Positions 48,183 to 57,914 of a DNA stretch of 64,000 nucleotides are shown here, one piece after another. The first letter of the stretch is position 1. Each line of letters opens with the position of its first letter. Below the pieces are notes generated by a model. That model did not search any database. It worked only from the letters and a program-made list of their open reading frames with translations, and was not told where the DNA came from. Both the position numbers and the translations under genes were made by a program. The DNA is from Bacteroidota bacterium (GTDB lineage: Bacteria > Bacteroidota > Bacteroidia > UBA7662 > CANHCV01): NCBI GenBank assembly GCA_947459245.1, contig CANHCV010000004.1:12893-76892 (forward strand), read 5' to 3'.

Positions 48183-49607
48183 ATGAAGAGAACGATTTCA
48201 TTTTTAGGTGCTGCAAAACAAGTTACGGGTTCCTTATTTCTGGTTGAGAACGATGGAGTAAAAATATTGGTGGATTGTGGGATGGATATGGAGAAACGAA
48301 AGAAAGAAAACGTGGTTCCTGTTGAATTTCCGTTCGATCCGTCCGAAATTCATGCCGTTGTATTAACCCATGCCCACATCGACCACTCGGGGAACTTGCC
48401 TCTTTTGAAACGATGGGGCTTTGAAGGAAAAATTTATTCCACCGTACCAACGTATTACCTCACTCACTTGCTTTTGATGGATTGTGCAGGTATTAATCGA
48501 AAGAAAATTGCTTCCTTATCGGGGAAAAGGGCAGGGAAGAGGGGGCCAGGTTTGAACAAACAAGCCTACGATTCACTCTACCTAGAACCGCAAGTGGTGC
48601 AAACCATGAAGCAATTCGCGACTTTAAATTTCAATGTTCGTCATAAAATTGCCCCCAACGTAGCCATCAAATTCATTCCTGCCGGACACTTATTGGGAGC
48701 CGCACACGTGGTGATGTACCTCAAAAGAGAAGACGGATCGGAAACACGAATTGGACTATCGGGAGACATCGGTCGAGATTATTACCCGCTCCTGGTTGAT
48801 CCCGAACCCATGGAAGCTGTTGATTACCTCGTAACGGAATCTACCTACGGAGGCCGCATGCACGAACCCGGTAGAGATTATACTGGTTACCTCTCCAAAA
48901 TCATCAAAGAAACCTGCGTGGAGAAGGGCGGCCGATTGATCATCCCCGCTTTTTCAGTTGGACGAACCCAGGCTTTGCTTTTCGAAATAAAAAAGATGGT
49001 CAACCTGGGGCTCATTCCCGAAATCAAGGTTTTTGTGGATAGCCCCCTTTCTTTGGAATCTACAAAGGCATACCAACAAATGCACAATTACCTCAATAAG
49101 GAAGCCAGAGAGGTACAAAAAGTGGATGGCGAAATTTTCATCTTCGATCAGCTTTTTTACATCGAAAACGAAAAGCAAAGCAAAATTTTGTCTCAATTCG
49201 ACGAGCCAGCCATCATCATTTCGGCCTCGGGGATGTTGGACGGTGGGCGCATTCAAACCCACATTCGTAAAAACATTGAAAACCCGAATGCGACCATCTT
49301 AATGGTGGGCTTTGCCTCACCGGGAACGTTGGGAGCGAAGTTGCGCGAACAACCGAAAGAGCTTCATTTTGATAAGAAAACCTACCAAGTTCGCGCTCGA
49401 ATTTTGTCAACCAGTCTGTTCTCCGGACACGGTGATCAAGCCGATTTGATTCGTTTTGTTCAACATCAAAATCCACAAGATTTAAAACAAGTATTCCTGG
49501 TTCACGGTGAAGAGCCCTCCATGGAACAATTATCTGCGTCCTTAAAAGAAATCGGATTTTCATCCATTGAAATTCCTTCAAAAAATGATGTGTATGAATT
49601 GCATTAA
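48183..49607 (+). CDS. MBL-fold beta-CASP ribonuclease (CPSF73/YSH1-like)
   Basis: VDCG, THAHIDHSG, AGHLLG, SGDIG, ESTYG, FSGHGD and LVHGE motifs. Confidence 0.92.
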   Translation: MKRTISFLGAAKQVTGSLFLVENDGVKILVDCGMDMEKRKKENVVPVEFPFDPSEIHAVVLTHAHIDHSGNLPLLKRWGFEGKIYSTVPTYYLTHLLLMDCAGINRKKIASLSGKRAGKRGPGLNKQAYDSLYLEPQVVQTMKQFATLNFNVRHKIAPNVAIKFIPAGHLLGAAHVVMYLKREDGSETRIGLSGDIGRDYYPLLVDPEPMEAVDYLVTESTYGGRMHEPGRDYTGYLSKIIKETCVEKGGRLIIPAFSVGRTQALLFEIKKMVNLGLIPEIKVFVDSPLSLESTKAYQQMHNYLNKEAREVQKVDGEIFIFDQLFYIENEKQSKILSQFDEPAIIISASGMLDGGRIQTHIRKNIENPNATILMVGFASPGTLGAKLREQPKELHFDKKTYQVRARILSTSLFSGHGDQADLIRFVQHQNPQDLKQVFLVHGEEPSMEQLSASLKEIGFSSIEIPSKNDVYELH

Positions 49608-50220
49608 ATTTTTCCTTCTAACCGCATTTTTCTTCCTGTTTTCTATTTCCTTGTTTTCACAAGATTTCGAGGACGGACGTGGAAGAACATCATCAACCAA
49701 AAAATCTTCTTCCTCAGATAGCCTTCGTAAAAAGTCGTTTGAGGTAAAGGAAGTGGATCATACCCTTTCTGGCGGTTTGGTTTTGTGGACCGATCCAACT
49801 CAATTTAACAACAGTTTGCTCATCACAACCTTGGAGTATTGTCCGAGATTTATCCTTGCTACCGGAAAAATTCAGTCGTCGCTTTCCATTGCGGCTCCCA
49901 TCAACATTGGAATTGGGACCAATAGTGCGGGCGATTTTACAGTGATGGGTCATGTACCTGTACTTTTAGAAGGAAGTTTGGGCCATTTCTCCCATCGAGA
50001 CGCAGAAGCATTAGTCGGAATTTTTGCAGGCTTGGGCGTTTCTGGATCTTTTTCCAATTTGGAAGCGCCATTCAATAACAATTTTGGACCCTCGGTATCA
50101 GCCGGATTGAGAATGGGAAACATGAACTTCCGGTCGTATACCTTCCGACTTGGATTTACCCCTTCTTTGAAATCACTCGGAAATGGGGTTATTTATTTCT
50201 CTTCTGGACTTAATTTCTAA
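49594..50220 (+). CDS. Hypothetical small outer-membrane beta-barrel-like protein
   Basis: Signal peptide, Gly/aromatic amphipathic strands, C-terminal GLNF. Confidence 0.6.
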   Translation: MNCIKFFLLTAFFFLFSISLFSQDFEDGRGRTSSTKKSSSSDSLRKKSFEVKEVDHTLSGGLVLWTDPTQFNNSLLITTLEYCPRFILATGKIQSSLSIAAPINIGIGTNSAGDFTVMGHVPVLLEGSLGHFSHRDAEALVGIFAGLGVSGSFSNLEAPFNNNFGPSVSAGLRMGNMNFRSYTFRLGFTPSLKSLGNGVIYFSSGLNF

Positions 50221-50672
50221 TGTCGTTATCCATTTTTTCCGATGATTATTTCATGCGTGAAGCGCTGAAAGAAGCTCAGTATGCGTATGAAAAAGATGAA
50301 GTTCCGGTTGGAGCTGTAATTGTGGCAAACCAAAGAATCATTGCTCGAGCGCACAATTTAACCGAGCTGTTGAACGATGTTACCGCCCATGCGGAAATGC
50401 AGGCTATTACGGCCTCAGCGAACTATTTGGGCGGAAAATACCTCGATGAATGTACGTTATACGTTACGTTAGAGCCTTGTACCATGTGTGCAGGAGCATT
50501 GAATTGGGCACAGATCAAAAAAGTAGTGTACGGGGCAAGCGACGAAAAACGAGGCGCACTAAAACATAAAATACACCTTCTTCATCCCAAAACCGAAGTG
50601 GTGGGCGGCATTTTGCAAGAAGAATGTTCCCAAATTCTTAAAGCCTTTTTCCTCAAAAAACGACTGAATTGA
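50220..50672 (+). CDS. tadA: tRNA adenosine deaminase TadA-like nucleoside deaminase
   Basis: EVPVGAV, TAHAE and TLEPCTMCAGA motifs. Confidence 0.92.
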   Translation: MSLSIFSDDYFMREALKEAQYAYEKDEVPVGAVIVANQRIIARAHNLTELLNDVTAHAEMQAITASANYLGGKYLDECTLYVTLEPCTMCAGALNWAQIKKVVYGASDEKRGALKHKIHLLHPKTEVVGGILQEECSQILKAFFLKKRLN

Positions 50673-51469
50673 TGACTAATTTTTGGCAAAGAACCGTTTC
50701 TGGAGTGTTTATCGTAGGAATCATCGTGGCAGCAAGCTGGGGCGGTTATTATTCGGGACTCGCTTTGTTGTCCATCATTGGTGCAATAGGTTTGGATGAG
50801 TTGTTGAAAATGGGGGAACCCGAATCTCGAAAAAATAAATTGCGTTGGATCGGCGCCTTTCATTCCGGGATTTTCCTCCTTGGACTTTGGCTGAAATTTG
50901 AAACCAATTGGCTTTCCTTGCTAACCATTCAATTGGTTTTGGCTGCGATCGGTTGCGTGTTAACCTTTCAAGAACACAGTTTTAAAGAATTATCCAAGTT
51001 GTTTTTTGGATGGATTTGGATTTGGTTACCGGTGTTTTTAGCCAAAGATATTTTAGAAGATTTCTTGCTTCGTTTCCCCATGATTTTATTGCTGGTTTTT
51101 ATTGGGCTCTGGACTTCAGATACCGGCGCTTATTTGGTTGGGAAATCGATCGGCAAGCATAAAATGATTCCCAACGTTTCACCCAATAAAACATGGGAAG
51201 GAACGGTAGGAGGGATGCTTTTGGCTTCGATGCTGGTATCCATTTTTGCTCATTATTTCATTTCGATGGATTGGTGGCAAGGAGCACTTTTGGGTGGAAT
51301 CATTTCGTTTTTCGGCACATTTGGAGATTTGATTCAAAGTGTGGTAAAACGAACGTTTGGAGTAAAAGATAGCGGGAACCTCATTCCTGGTCACGGCGGG
51401 ATTCTCGACCGTTTCGACAGCTTTTTGTTAGCGATTCCCGCCGTTTGGTTGGCATTATCGCTCTTTTGA
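50669..51469 (+). CDS. cdsA: Phosphatidate cytidylyltransferase
   Basis: SDTGAY, SPNKTWEG and KDSGNLIPGHGGILDRFDS motifs. Confidence 0.95.
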   Translation: MMTNFWQRTVSGVFIVGIIVAASWGGYYSGLALLSIIGAIGLDELLKMGEPESRKNKLRWIGAFHSGIFLLGLWLKFETNWLSLLTIQLVLAAIGCVLTFQEHSFKELSKLFFGWIWIWLPVFLAKDILEDFLLRFPMILLLVFIGLWTSDTGAYLVGKSIGKHKMIPNVSPNKTWEGTVGGMLLASMLVSIFAHYFISMDWWQGALLGGIISFFGTFGDLIQSVVKRTFGVKDSGNLIPGHGGILDRFDSFLLAIPAVWLALSLF

Positions 51470-51484
51470 TTGTATTTTCGAACC

Positions 51485-52144
51485 ATGATACATCGAGAAG
51501 GGATAGCGAGCATTGTCATCGCACTAATTGTAACCGGTTTTATTTCATTTTCTGCGTACAAATGGATTGAAATTTCATGGTTGAAAATCGTACTTTGGAT
51601 TTTTTCTCTTGCACTCTTGGCAATTGTTCTTCAATTTTTTAGAAATCCATCCCGCACTACCATCAAAAATGAAAACCACGTCATCGCTCCAGCCGACGGA
51701 AAAGTGGTGATCATTGAAGAAGTAGAAGAGCCTGAATTTTTTAAAGGGAAGCGTTTGTTGGTCAGCATCTTCATGTCGCCCTTTAACGTTCACGTGAACC
51801 GATATCCCATTTCCGGGGAGGTTATTTTTGAAAAGTACCATCCGGGGAAATACCTGGTAGCGTGGCATCCAAAAAGTTCTACTGAAAACGAAAGAACAAC
51901 GGTGGTGGTTCAAGATTCACAAAATCACCAAGTGATGTTCCGCCAAATTGCTGGAGCCTTGGCACGTCGAATTGTTTGTTACTCTAAAAAAGGAGATCGT
52001 GCAGAACAGGGCGGTGAAATGGGCTTCATTAAATTCGGATCAAGGGTGGATGTATACCTTCCAATTGGTACCGAAGTGCCTTTAGAACTTGGACAAAACG
52101 TGGTGGGTGGCGAAAGTATTATCGCAAAGTTTACCTCCAAATAA
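51485..52144 (+). CDS. psd: Phosphatidylserine decarboxylase proenzyme
   Basis: FFRNP.R, APADGKV, SIFMSPFNVHVNR and FGSRVD cleavage motif. Confidence 0.95.
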   Translation: MIHREGIASIVIALIVTGFISFSAYKWIEISWLKIVLWIFSLALLAIVLQFFRNPSRTTIKNENHVIAPADGKVVIIEEVEEPEFFKGKRLLVSIFMSPFNVHVNRYPISGEVIFEKYHPGKYLVAWHPKSSTENERTTVVVQDSQNHQVMFRQIAGALARRIVCYSKKGDRAEQGGEMGFIKFGSRVDVYLPIGTEVPLELGQNVVGGESIIAKFTSK

Positions 52145-52176
52145 CCTTTCAACATTAGTTTTGCTAAAAATAAGTT

Positions 52177-53076
52177 ATGAAACCAACATTACTTGTACTT
52201 GCAGCTGGTATGGCCAGCAGATACGGAGGAAATAAACAAACCGATTCTTTCGGCCCCAATGGCGAAACCATTATTGACTATTCTATTTTTGATGCGATTC
52301 GTGCCGGTTTCGGCAAAGTGGTTTTCATTATCAGAGAGGAATTCAAAGAGAATTTTGAAAAACTATTCGCTTCCAAATTGCACGGTCGTATTGATATTGA
52401 TTACGTTTTTCAACCCGTTGATCCCGAAATTCCAGGAATTGGCAAATTAAATCGAACCAAACCATGGGGAACTGCTCACGCAGTGATGTGCGCCAAAAAT
52501 CAAATCCATGAACCGTTCTGCGTAATCAATGCCGATGATTTTTACGGTCAGGAAGCCTTCGAAAAAATGGCTCAATTCCTTTCTCATGATGCCAATGCCA
52601 CCACATTTTCCATGATTGGTTACTTGCTGGGCAACACCTTGTCGGAAAACGGTTCCGTTAGCCGAGGCGTTTGCCAAACCGATGAACATGGAAACCTCGT
52701 TGCCATCAATGAAAGAACGAAAATCTATAAAAACGCAGACCAGAAAATAGTGTTTGAAGATGAAAATGGACAAACGGAATTGCCTTCCCATAATCCAGTT
52801 TCAATGAATTTCTGGGGATTCACCCCTTCGGTTTTTGAAATGGCTGAAACCATGTTTCATGATTTTGCATCAAAAAACCACGAAAATCCGAAATCCGAAT
52901 TCTTTATTCCCCTATTGGCCGATGCCTTTATTCAAGTTCCCGGTCAGGTGTTGAAAGTCATTCCTACCCAATCACCTTGGTTTGGCGTAACCTATCAAGA
53001 AGATAAGCCCGTCGTTAAACAATCCTTGTTGAATCTGGTTGAAAAAGGAATTTATCCCGCCCAATTATGGACTTGA
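52177..53076 (+). CDS. Sugar-phosphate nucleotidyltransferase
   Basis: LAAGMASRYGG.K, KPWGTAHA, INADDFYG and WFGVTY motifs; TAGTTTTG at 52156-52163. Confidence 0.88.
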   Translation: MKPTLLVLAAGMASRYGGNKQTDSFGPNGETIIDYSIFDAIRAGFGKVVFIIREEFKENFEKLFASKLHGRIDIDYVFQPVDPEIPGIGKLNRTKPWGTAHAVMCAKNQIHEPFCVINADDFYGQEAFEKMAQFLSHDANATTFSMIGYLLGNTLSENGSVSRGVCQTDEHGNLVAINERTKIYKNADQKIVFEDENGQTELPSHNPVSMNFWGFTPSVFEMAETMFHDFASKNHENPKSEFFIPLLADAFIQVPGQVLKVIPTQSPWFGVTYQEDKPVVKQSLLNLVEKGIYPAQLWT

Positions 53077-54074
53077 TTGCAAGTCAAATTCAACGAGTTT
53101 TTGGAATTCAAGTAGATTCCATTCAACATTTAAAAGGGGGGCACATCAACGCCTCCTTTTTTGTGAAGGAAAAAAACGGGGAGTTGAGTGTGGTTCAAAA
53201 GCTGAATCAACATGTTTTTCCCATGTGGAAGAATATTGAGCACAATTTATTATTAACTCAAACGGTTCTGCATCAGCATCATTCGCTTGGCTTAATTCCT
53301 CAGTTTTATATGGTCAATGCCAGCATTCATCAGGAACAATTCGATGGAATTTGGAGAAGAATGGAGTACATACCTGGGAAATTCGAGGAACATTCGGTTG
53401 ATTCATCTTCCATGGCTTTTCATGCAGCCAAATCGTTTGCTCAATTTTCTCAAATTTTATCCCAATCGTTCAATTCTTTAAATTGGAAGGAAGTCATTCC
53501 TCAATTTCACAACCTAGAGAGTAGAAAAGCTCAATTTGAAAATGCCATCAAAGAGGCAAATCGCCAAAGAAAAGAAGCGGCTGAATCGGTTATTCTTGGT
53601 TATCAAAATGGATTGAATCGATTAGGAAAAGTGGTGCCAATTCTCAATTTTCGAAGGATAACCCATAACGATGCCAAGGTTTCCAATGTGCTTTTTCGAA
53701 ATGGCGATTTGAATGATGCGGTTGTGATTGATTTAGACACCGTGATGCCAGGAAGTGTTTTGTTCGATTTAGGAGATTTAATTCGTACGTTCGTGCCTCA
53801 AAAACCGGAGGGAGATTTTTCGAATTCCCGCCAAGTGGTTCAACAAAATATTTTAGATTCGCTGTTGGCGGGTTATTTGGATGGTTGGAACAATCAATTA
53901 ACCACCGAAGAAAAAGAATTTCTTCCTTTTGCCGGTTCCTACATGACCCTTCTCATCGGTTTGCGTTTTCTAACCGATTATTTAGAAAACGACCATTATT
54001 TTAAAGTGGAAAGTGAAAATCAAAATCTTTTGCGCGCAATGAACCAATTGGAATTGTTCGAATTGCTTCTTTAA
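53067..54074 (+). CDS. APH-family phosphotransferase (N-acetylhexosamine 1-kinase-like)
   Basis: GHIN, Q.LN..VF, THNDAK.SN, VIDLDTVMPG and RFLTDYL motifs. Confidence 0.85.
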   Translation: MDLIASQIQRVFGIQVDSIQHLKGGHINASFFVKEKNGELSVVQKLNQHVFPMWKNIEHNLLLTQTVLHQHHSLGLIPQFYMVNASIHQEQFDGIWRRMEYIPGKFEEHSVDSSSMAFHAAKSFAQFSQILSQSFNSLNWKEVIPQFHNLESRKAQFENAIKEANRQRKEAAESVILGYQNGLNRLGKVVPILNFRRITHNDAKVSNVLFRNGDLNDAVVIDLDTVMPGSVLFDLGDLIRTFVPQKPEGDFSNSRQVVQQNILDSLLAGYLDGWNNQLTTEEKEFLPFAGSYMTLLIGLRFLTDYLENDHYFKVESENQNLLRAMNQLELFELLL

Positions 54075-56080
54075 TCTTCCTTCTTTTGTTCTTCTTTCAG
54101 CTCTTCTAAATTAGAATCCTCAACAGGTACAGAGTCCCCACGATCAATTTCAAACTCCACTCGGCGATTCAGTTTTCGATCTTCGTCGGTAACCTCAACT
54201 TTTTTAATGGGCTTCGAGCTACCATATCCCAAGGCTTTAATACGGTCGGGGTCAATATCTCCGGTGGTAATGAGATACTCCCGAATGCTTTCTGCTCGTT
54301 TTTGAGAAAGTTGCTGATTTTTTTCTGGATTTCCTTTGGAATCGGTATGCCCAGAAATGGTTAATTTAACCGTTGGATTGTCCAACAAATAATCAACCAG
54401 CTTATCCAAATCGGGTTTCATTTCTTCGAGAATCTCAAAGCTGTTGTTGGCAAATTCAATGGTTGAAAATTGAATGCGGTACGATTTTATTCCTTGCGCT
54501 TTAACCTCGAAAACCGTGTCTCCTTGGAGTTTGATTTCTTTCTCGATTCGGAAGAAATCCTCGCCTTGGATGATTAATAGGTATTTCTGATTATCAATCA
54601 AATCGAAAGAAAAGGTCCCATCTTCCCTAACAAATTTGGGTGCAACCTCAATCCCGTTCTCTAAATCAATCACGGAAACAATTCCTTGGTAACTTTTACC
54701 GGTTACGGAATCCTTTAAAACTCCAGAAAATTCGGTCGTTGCGGTCGGTTGCGCTTCCATCGGAAGTGGAAATGAGAACAAATCAATGTTTTTGTTTTCA
54801 TCGGATCGGGCGTAAAAAAGGTTTCTCGATTTGGAATCGATGGTGAAATAATGTTCATCGCCCGCTCCATTCACCAACGGCCCGATGTTTTTGGGTTCCG
54901 AGAATTTTCCGTTGTTCAAATAGCTTTTGTAGATGTCAAATCCTCCAAAATTGACAATTTCACCCGTTGAACTGAAATACAGGACATCGTATTCCGGGTG
55001 GAAAAAAGGCGACATTTCGTCGTTGATGGTATTGATCATGGGGCCCAAGTTGCGGGCAGGAAGCCAATTTCCTCGTTTGTCTTTTACCGAGAAAAACAAA
55101 TCTGTGCCGCCCAATCCGCCTGGTCTATTCGAGGCAAAGAATAAAGTATCTCCAGTTCTGCTTAAACAGGGCTGACTCTCCCAAAACGAAGAGTTAATGG
55201 CCGGACCTACATTTTTAACCTTCCCAAAGGTGGTGTCATCCACCCGTTCAGCCAAATAAATATCGCATTCGCCCATACCATCTTTGGCATTGCATCGAAC
55301 AAACAAAAGGGTATTCCCATCGGGGCTTAAACAAGGAGAACCTTCGTTATGAATGCTATTGATGCCCCAAATTTTAACCGCTTGCTGAAATTGTCCATCT
55401 TCTCCTTTAAGAGAGATGTACAAGTCTTCGTTGTAAATGTCTTGATTTCCACTGTTCCCCATGTAATCGCGTTTCGAAGAAAAAAACAGGGCTGCATCAT
55501 CCGCACTGATGCTCGGTCCATATTCTTCGAACGTGGTATTGATGGAATCTCCCATGTTTTCAAAAACACCTCGGGGAGGACGAAGGGTGTCAACTTTTTT
55601 TCGGTAATCGACCAGTTCGTAGTAGTACTTAATGGGAACAAATCGATCTTCGGAACCTTTATTGACTTCGTCGTAATATTGCTTCACCAAAGAATCAATG
55701 CTTAGATTTGAATTTCGGATCAATAAACCGTAATAAAACTTGGCTTTTTGAAGATCCCCTTGCTTCTCGAAAAGTTGGGCCAATTTCCAAAGGCTTTCCT
55801 TTTGATTTTTAAAGTTTTCAATCCCAAATTGCTGAACATATTGTTCAAGTTCTCGAATTAACTCGTTTGTTTTTCCGTCTTTTTCCAGTTGCCCAATTCG
55901 TTTTCGCTGATCAGGGTTGTTGTAAAAAGGAATGTTCCCGAAATTTTTAAAATTTACCTGATAGGTTTCATTGACCTTCTTTTGAAAATCGGCATTGATG
56001 GATTGATAATTCGGCTGCCCTTGAGCCCAAAAAGACCCAAAGTATAGAAAAAGTAAGCAAAAAAATATTTTTCTAATCAC
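54071..56080 (-). CDS. TPR-PD40-OmpA family periplasmic protein (PorE-like architecture)
   Basis: PD40 repeats (FASNRPGG.GG.D, N.GP.IN); GHTDS.G and NRRVEF OmpA motifs. Confidence 0.88.
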   Translation of the reverse strand: MIRKIFFCLLFLYFGSFWAQGQPNYQSINADFQKKVNETYQVNFKNFGNIPFYNNPDQRKRIGQLEKDGKTNELIRELEQYVQQFGIENFKNQKESLWKLAQLFEKQGDLQKAKFYYGLLIRNSNLSIDSLVKQYYDEVNKGSEDRFVPIKYYYELVDYRKKVDTLRPPRGVFENMGDSINTTFEEYGPSISADDAALFFSSKRDYMGNSGNQDIYNEDLYISLKGEDGQFQQAVKIWGINSIHNEGSPCLSPDGNTLLFVRCNAKDGMGECDIYLAERVDDTTFGKVKNVGPAINSSFWESQPCLSRTGDTLFFASNRPGGLGGTDLFFSVKDKRGNWLPARNLGPMINTINDEMSPFFHPEYDVLYFSSTGEIVNFGGFDIYKSYLNNGKFSEPKNIGPLVNGAGDEHYFTIDSKSRNLFYARSDENKNIDLFSFPLPMEAQPTATTEFSGVLKDSVTGKSYQGIVSVIDLENGIEVAPKFVREDGTFSFDLIDNQKYLLIIQGEDFFRIEKEIKLQGDTVFEVKAQGIKSYRIQFSTIEFANNSFEILEEMKPDLDKLVDYLLDNPTVKLTISGHTDSKGNPEKNQQLSQKRAESIREYLITTGDIDPDRIKALGYGSSKPIKKVEVTDEDRKLNRRVEFEIDRGDSVPVEDSNLEELKEEQKKED

Positions 56081-56168
56081 ACCTTAAAGCTAGAAAAAAA
56101 AAAGCAGTTTTTAGTCATTAATCTTACAACGAAGTTTTAGCTTTGTCGTTTAATCCTAAAATAAAAAA

Positions 56169-56726
56169 ATGAAAAGAAATAATTTAGTGAAGTGGGTGTT
56201 GTTGGGTGTTGTAGCCTTTTTGTTGATTTGGGTTTGGCGTTCCTACAATGGTTTGGTAGATAGTCAGTTAACTGTAGAGGAGTCGTATGCCCAAGTTCAA
56301 ACCGATTATCAGCGCCGTGCAGATTTGATTCCTAATTTGGTAAAAACAGTGAAGGCTGCTGCCAAAAATGAAAAAGAAATTTTGGAAAACGTAACGGCAG
56401 CCCGTGCTGGAATTCAAAATGCAAAATCTCCTGCTCAGCTCGATGCGGCAGGTGCTCAGGTCAATCGTGCCATTAACATTGTGATGGAGGCTTATCCTCA
56501 AATTAGAAGTACAGAAAACTTCGGGAAGTTACAAGATCAATTGGAAGGAACAGAAAACCGCATCAAAGAGTCGAGAAAAGATTACAACCGTGCGGTAAAA
56601 ACCTACAATTCGTCCACCAAAAAATTCCCTGGAAACATCATTGCCTCTTGGTTTAATTTCGAACCCAAAGAATTTTTTGAAGCTTCTGCCGGTTCTGAAA
56701 AAGCACCTGAGCTTAATTTTGAATGA
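56169..56726 (+). CDS. lemA: LemA family protein
   Basis: N-terminal TM; YQRRADLIPNLV, EAYP and LEGTENRI motifs; TAGCTTTG at 56138-56145. Confidence 0.95.
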   Translation: MKRNNLVKWVLLGVVAFLLIWVWRSYNGLVDSQLTVEESYAQVQTDYQRRADLIPNLVKTVKAAAKNEKEILENVTAARAGIQNAKSPAQLDAAGAQVNRAINIVMEAYPQIRSTENFGKLQDQLEGTENRIKESRKDYNRAVKTYNSSTKKFPGNIIASWFNFEPKEFFEASAGSEKAPELNFE

Positions 56727-57151
56727 GTATTTTTTCCGAATCGGATTTAGAAATCCTAAAATCCTGCATCGAAAAGGCCGAAAAGGCCACTTCTGGTGAA
56801 ATACGTTTGCACGTAGAAGCTGTTTGCTCCCATGATGTTCCCGAAAAGCGAGCCCATGAGGTATTCCAAGATTTGGGAATGCATCAAACTGAACAAAAAA
56901 ATGCCATATTGATTTACCTCGCTTTTGAATCTAAAAAATTTGTCCTTTGGGGAGACCAAGGTATTCATGATCGCGTAGGTCAAGATTTTTGGGATAAACA
57001 GGCCCAATTTTTATCGGAACAGTTGAAAGGCGGAAATTTCGTTTCTGGAATGCAAAAGGTCATTGAACAATTGGGTTTAGCCCTCGGAGAGTTTTTTCCT
57101 TGGGATGAATCCGATAAAGATGAGTTGGATAATTCAATTTCTACCGGATGA
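56723..57151 (+). CDS. TPM domain protein (short)
   Basis: AE..TSGEIR, F..LGM..T..KN, GDQGI and FW motifs. Confidence 0.9.
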   Translation: MSIFSESDLEILKSCIEKAEKATSGEIRLHVEAVCSHDVPEKRAHEVFQDLGMHQTEQKNAILIYLAFESKKFVLWGDQGIHDRVGQDFWDKQAQFLSEQLKGGNFVSGMQKVIEQLGLALGEFFPWDESDKDELDNSISTG

Positions 57152-57885
57152 AGAAGTTTCGTTTCTTAGGATTGATTCTTTTTTCCTTGTGGATAGGGCC
57201 GCTATTCGCATTAGAAATTCCTCCAGCTACCGGCCGGCCCATCAACGATTATGCTAAAATCTTTTCCGAAGAACAAGTTCAGCAGCTAGGCAAAAGCATG
57301 AAGCTTTTGTGCGATTCCACCTCCACCCAAATTGTGGTAGTTAGCATTCCAAATTTAGAAGGTGGAGATGTGTACGAAACCGCTATCCAATGGGCAAAGA
57401 CGTGGGGAATCGGTCAAAAAGATAAAGACAATGGAATTCTGTTGTTTTTCGCCATGGAAGATCGAAAAATGTCGATCATCGTTGGAAGTGGACTAGAAGG
57501 TGTTTTTCCTGATGGAGCCGCCTATGACATTCGAACGGAAATATTAACGCCTTATTTTAAGCGTCAGGAATACTACGAAGGAGTTCAAAAAGCATTGGAA
57601 ACCATTGCTATTGTGGTTCAAGGGGAATACAAAGGGGTGGAAAAAGAACAGCCATTCTCTCCACTTCTCCTTGTGGTCTTGCTGTTCATCTTTGCTATCG
57701 CATTGTTTTTCGGTAGAAAAGGTGGTGGCGGTGGCCGCGGAGGCGGATTGGGTGCAGCTCCTTTGTTTTGGGGTGGTGGCTTCGGAAGCAGGGGCGGTGG
57801 ATCAGGCTACTCCGATAACAACAGTTTTGGCGGTGGATTCGGTGGTGGTGGCTTTGGTGGGGGAGGTTCTTCAGGAAGCTGGTAA
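57148..57885 (+). CDS. TPM domain protein with TM and Gly-rich tail (YgcG-like)
   Basis: NDYA, QIVVV, WGIGQKDKDNG, GLEG..PD and a GGGFGGGGSSGSW terminus. Confidence 0.9.
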   Translation: MKKFRFLGLILFSLWIGPLFALEIPPATGRPINDYAKIFSEEQVQQLGKSMKLLCDSTSTQIVVVSIPNLEGGDVYETAIQWAKTWGIGQKDKDNGILLFFAMEDRKMSIIVGSGLEGVFPDGAAYDIRTEILTPYFKRQEYYEGVQKALETIAIVVQGEYKGVEKEQPFSPLLLVVLLFIFAIALFFGRKGGGGGRGGGLGAAPLFWGGGFGSRGGGSGYSDNNSFGGGFGGGGFGGGGSSGSW

Positions 57886-57914
57886 ATTCCTATCTTTGTA
57901 CTAAATTTCTATTT

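Noticed and set aside
48183-50672. MBL nuclease plus deaminase as an anti-phage system
   Set aside because: Both match housekeeping families (beta-CASP RNase, TadA) and sit in a run with cdsA-psd
57721-57885. GGT/GGC-rich repetitive DNA
   Set aside because: It encodes the Gly-rich tail typical of TPM/YgcG proteins; it is not a CRISPR array or VNTR
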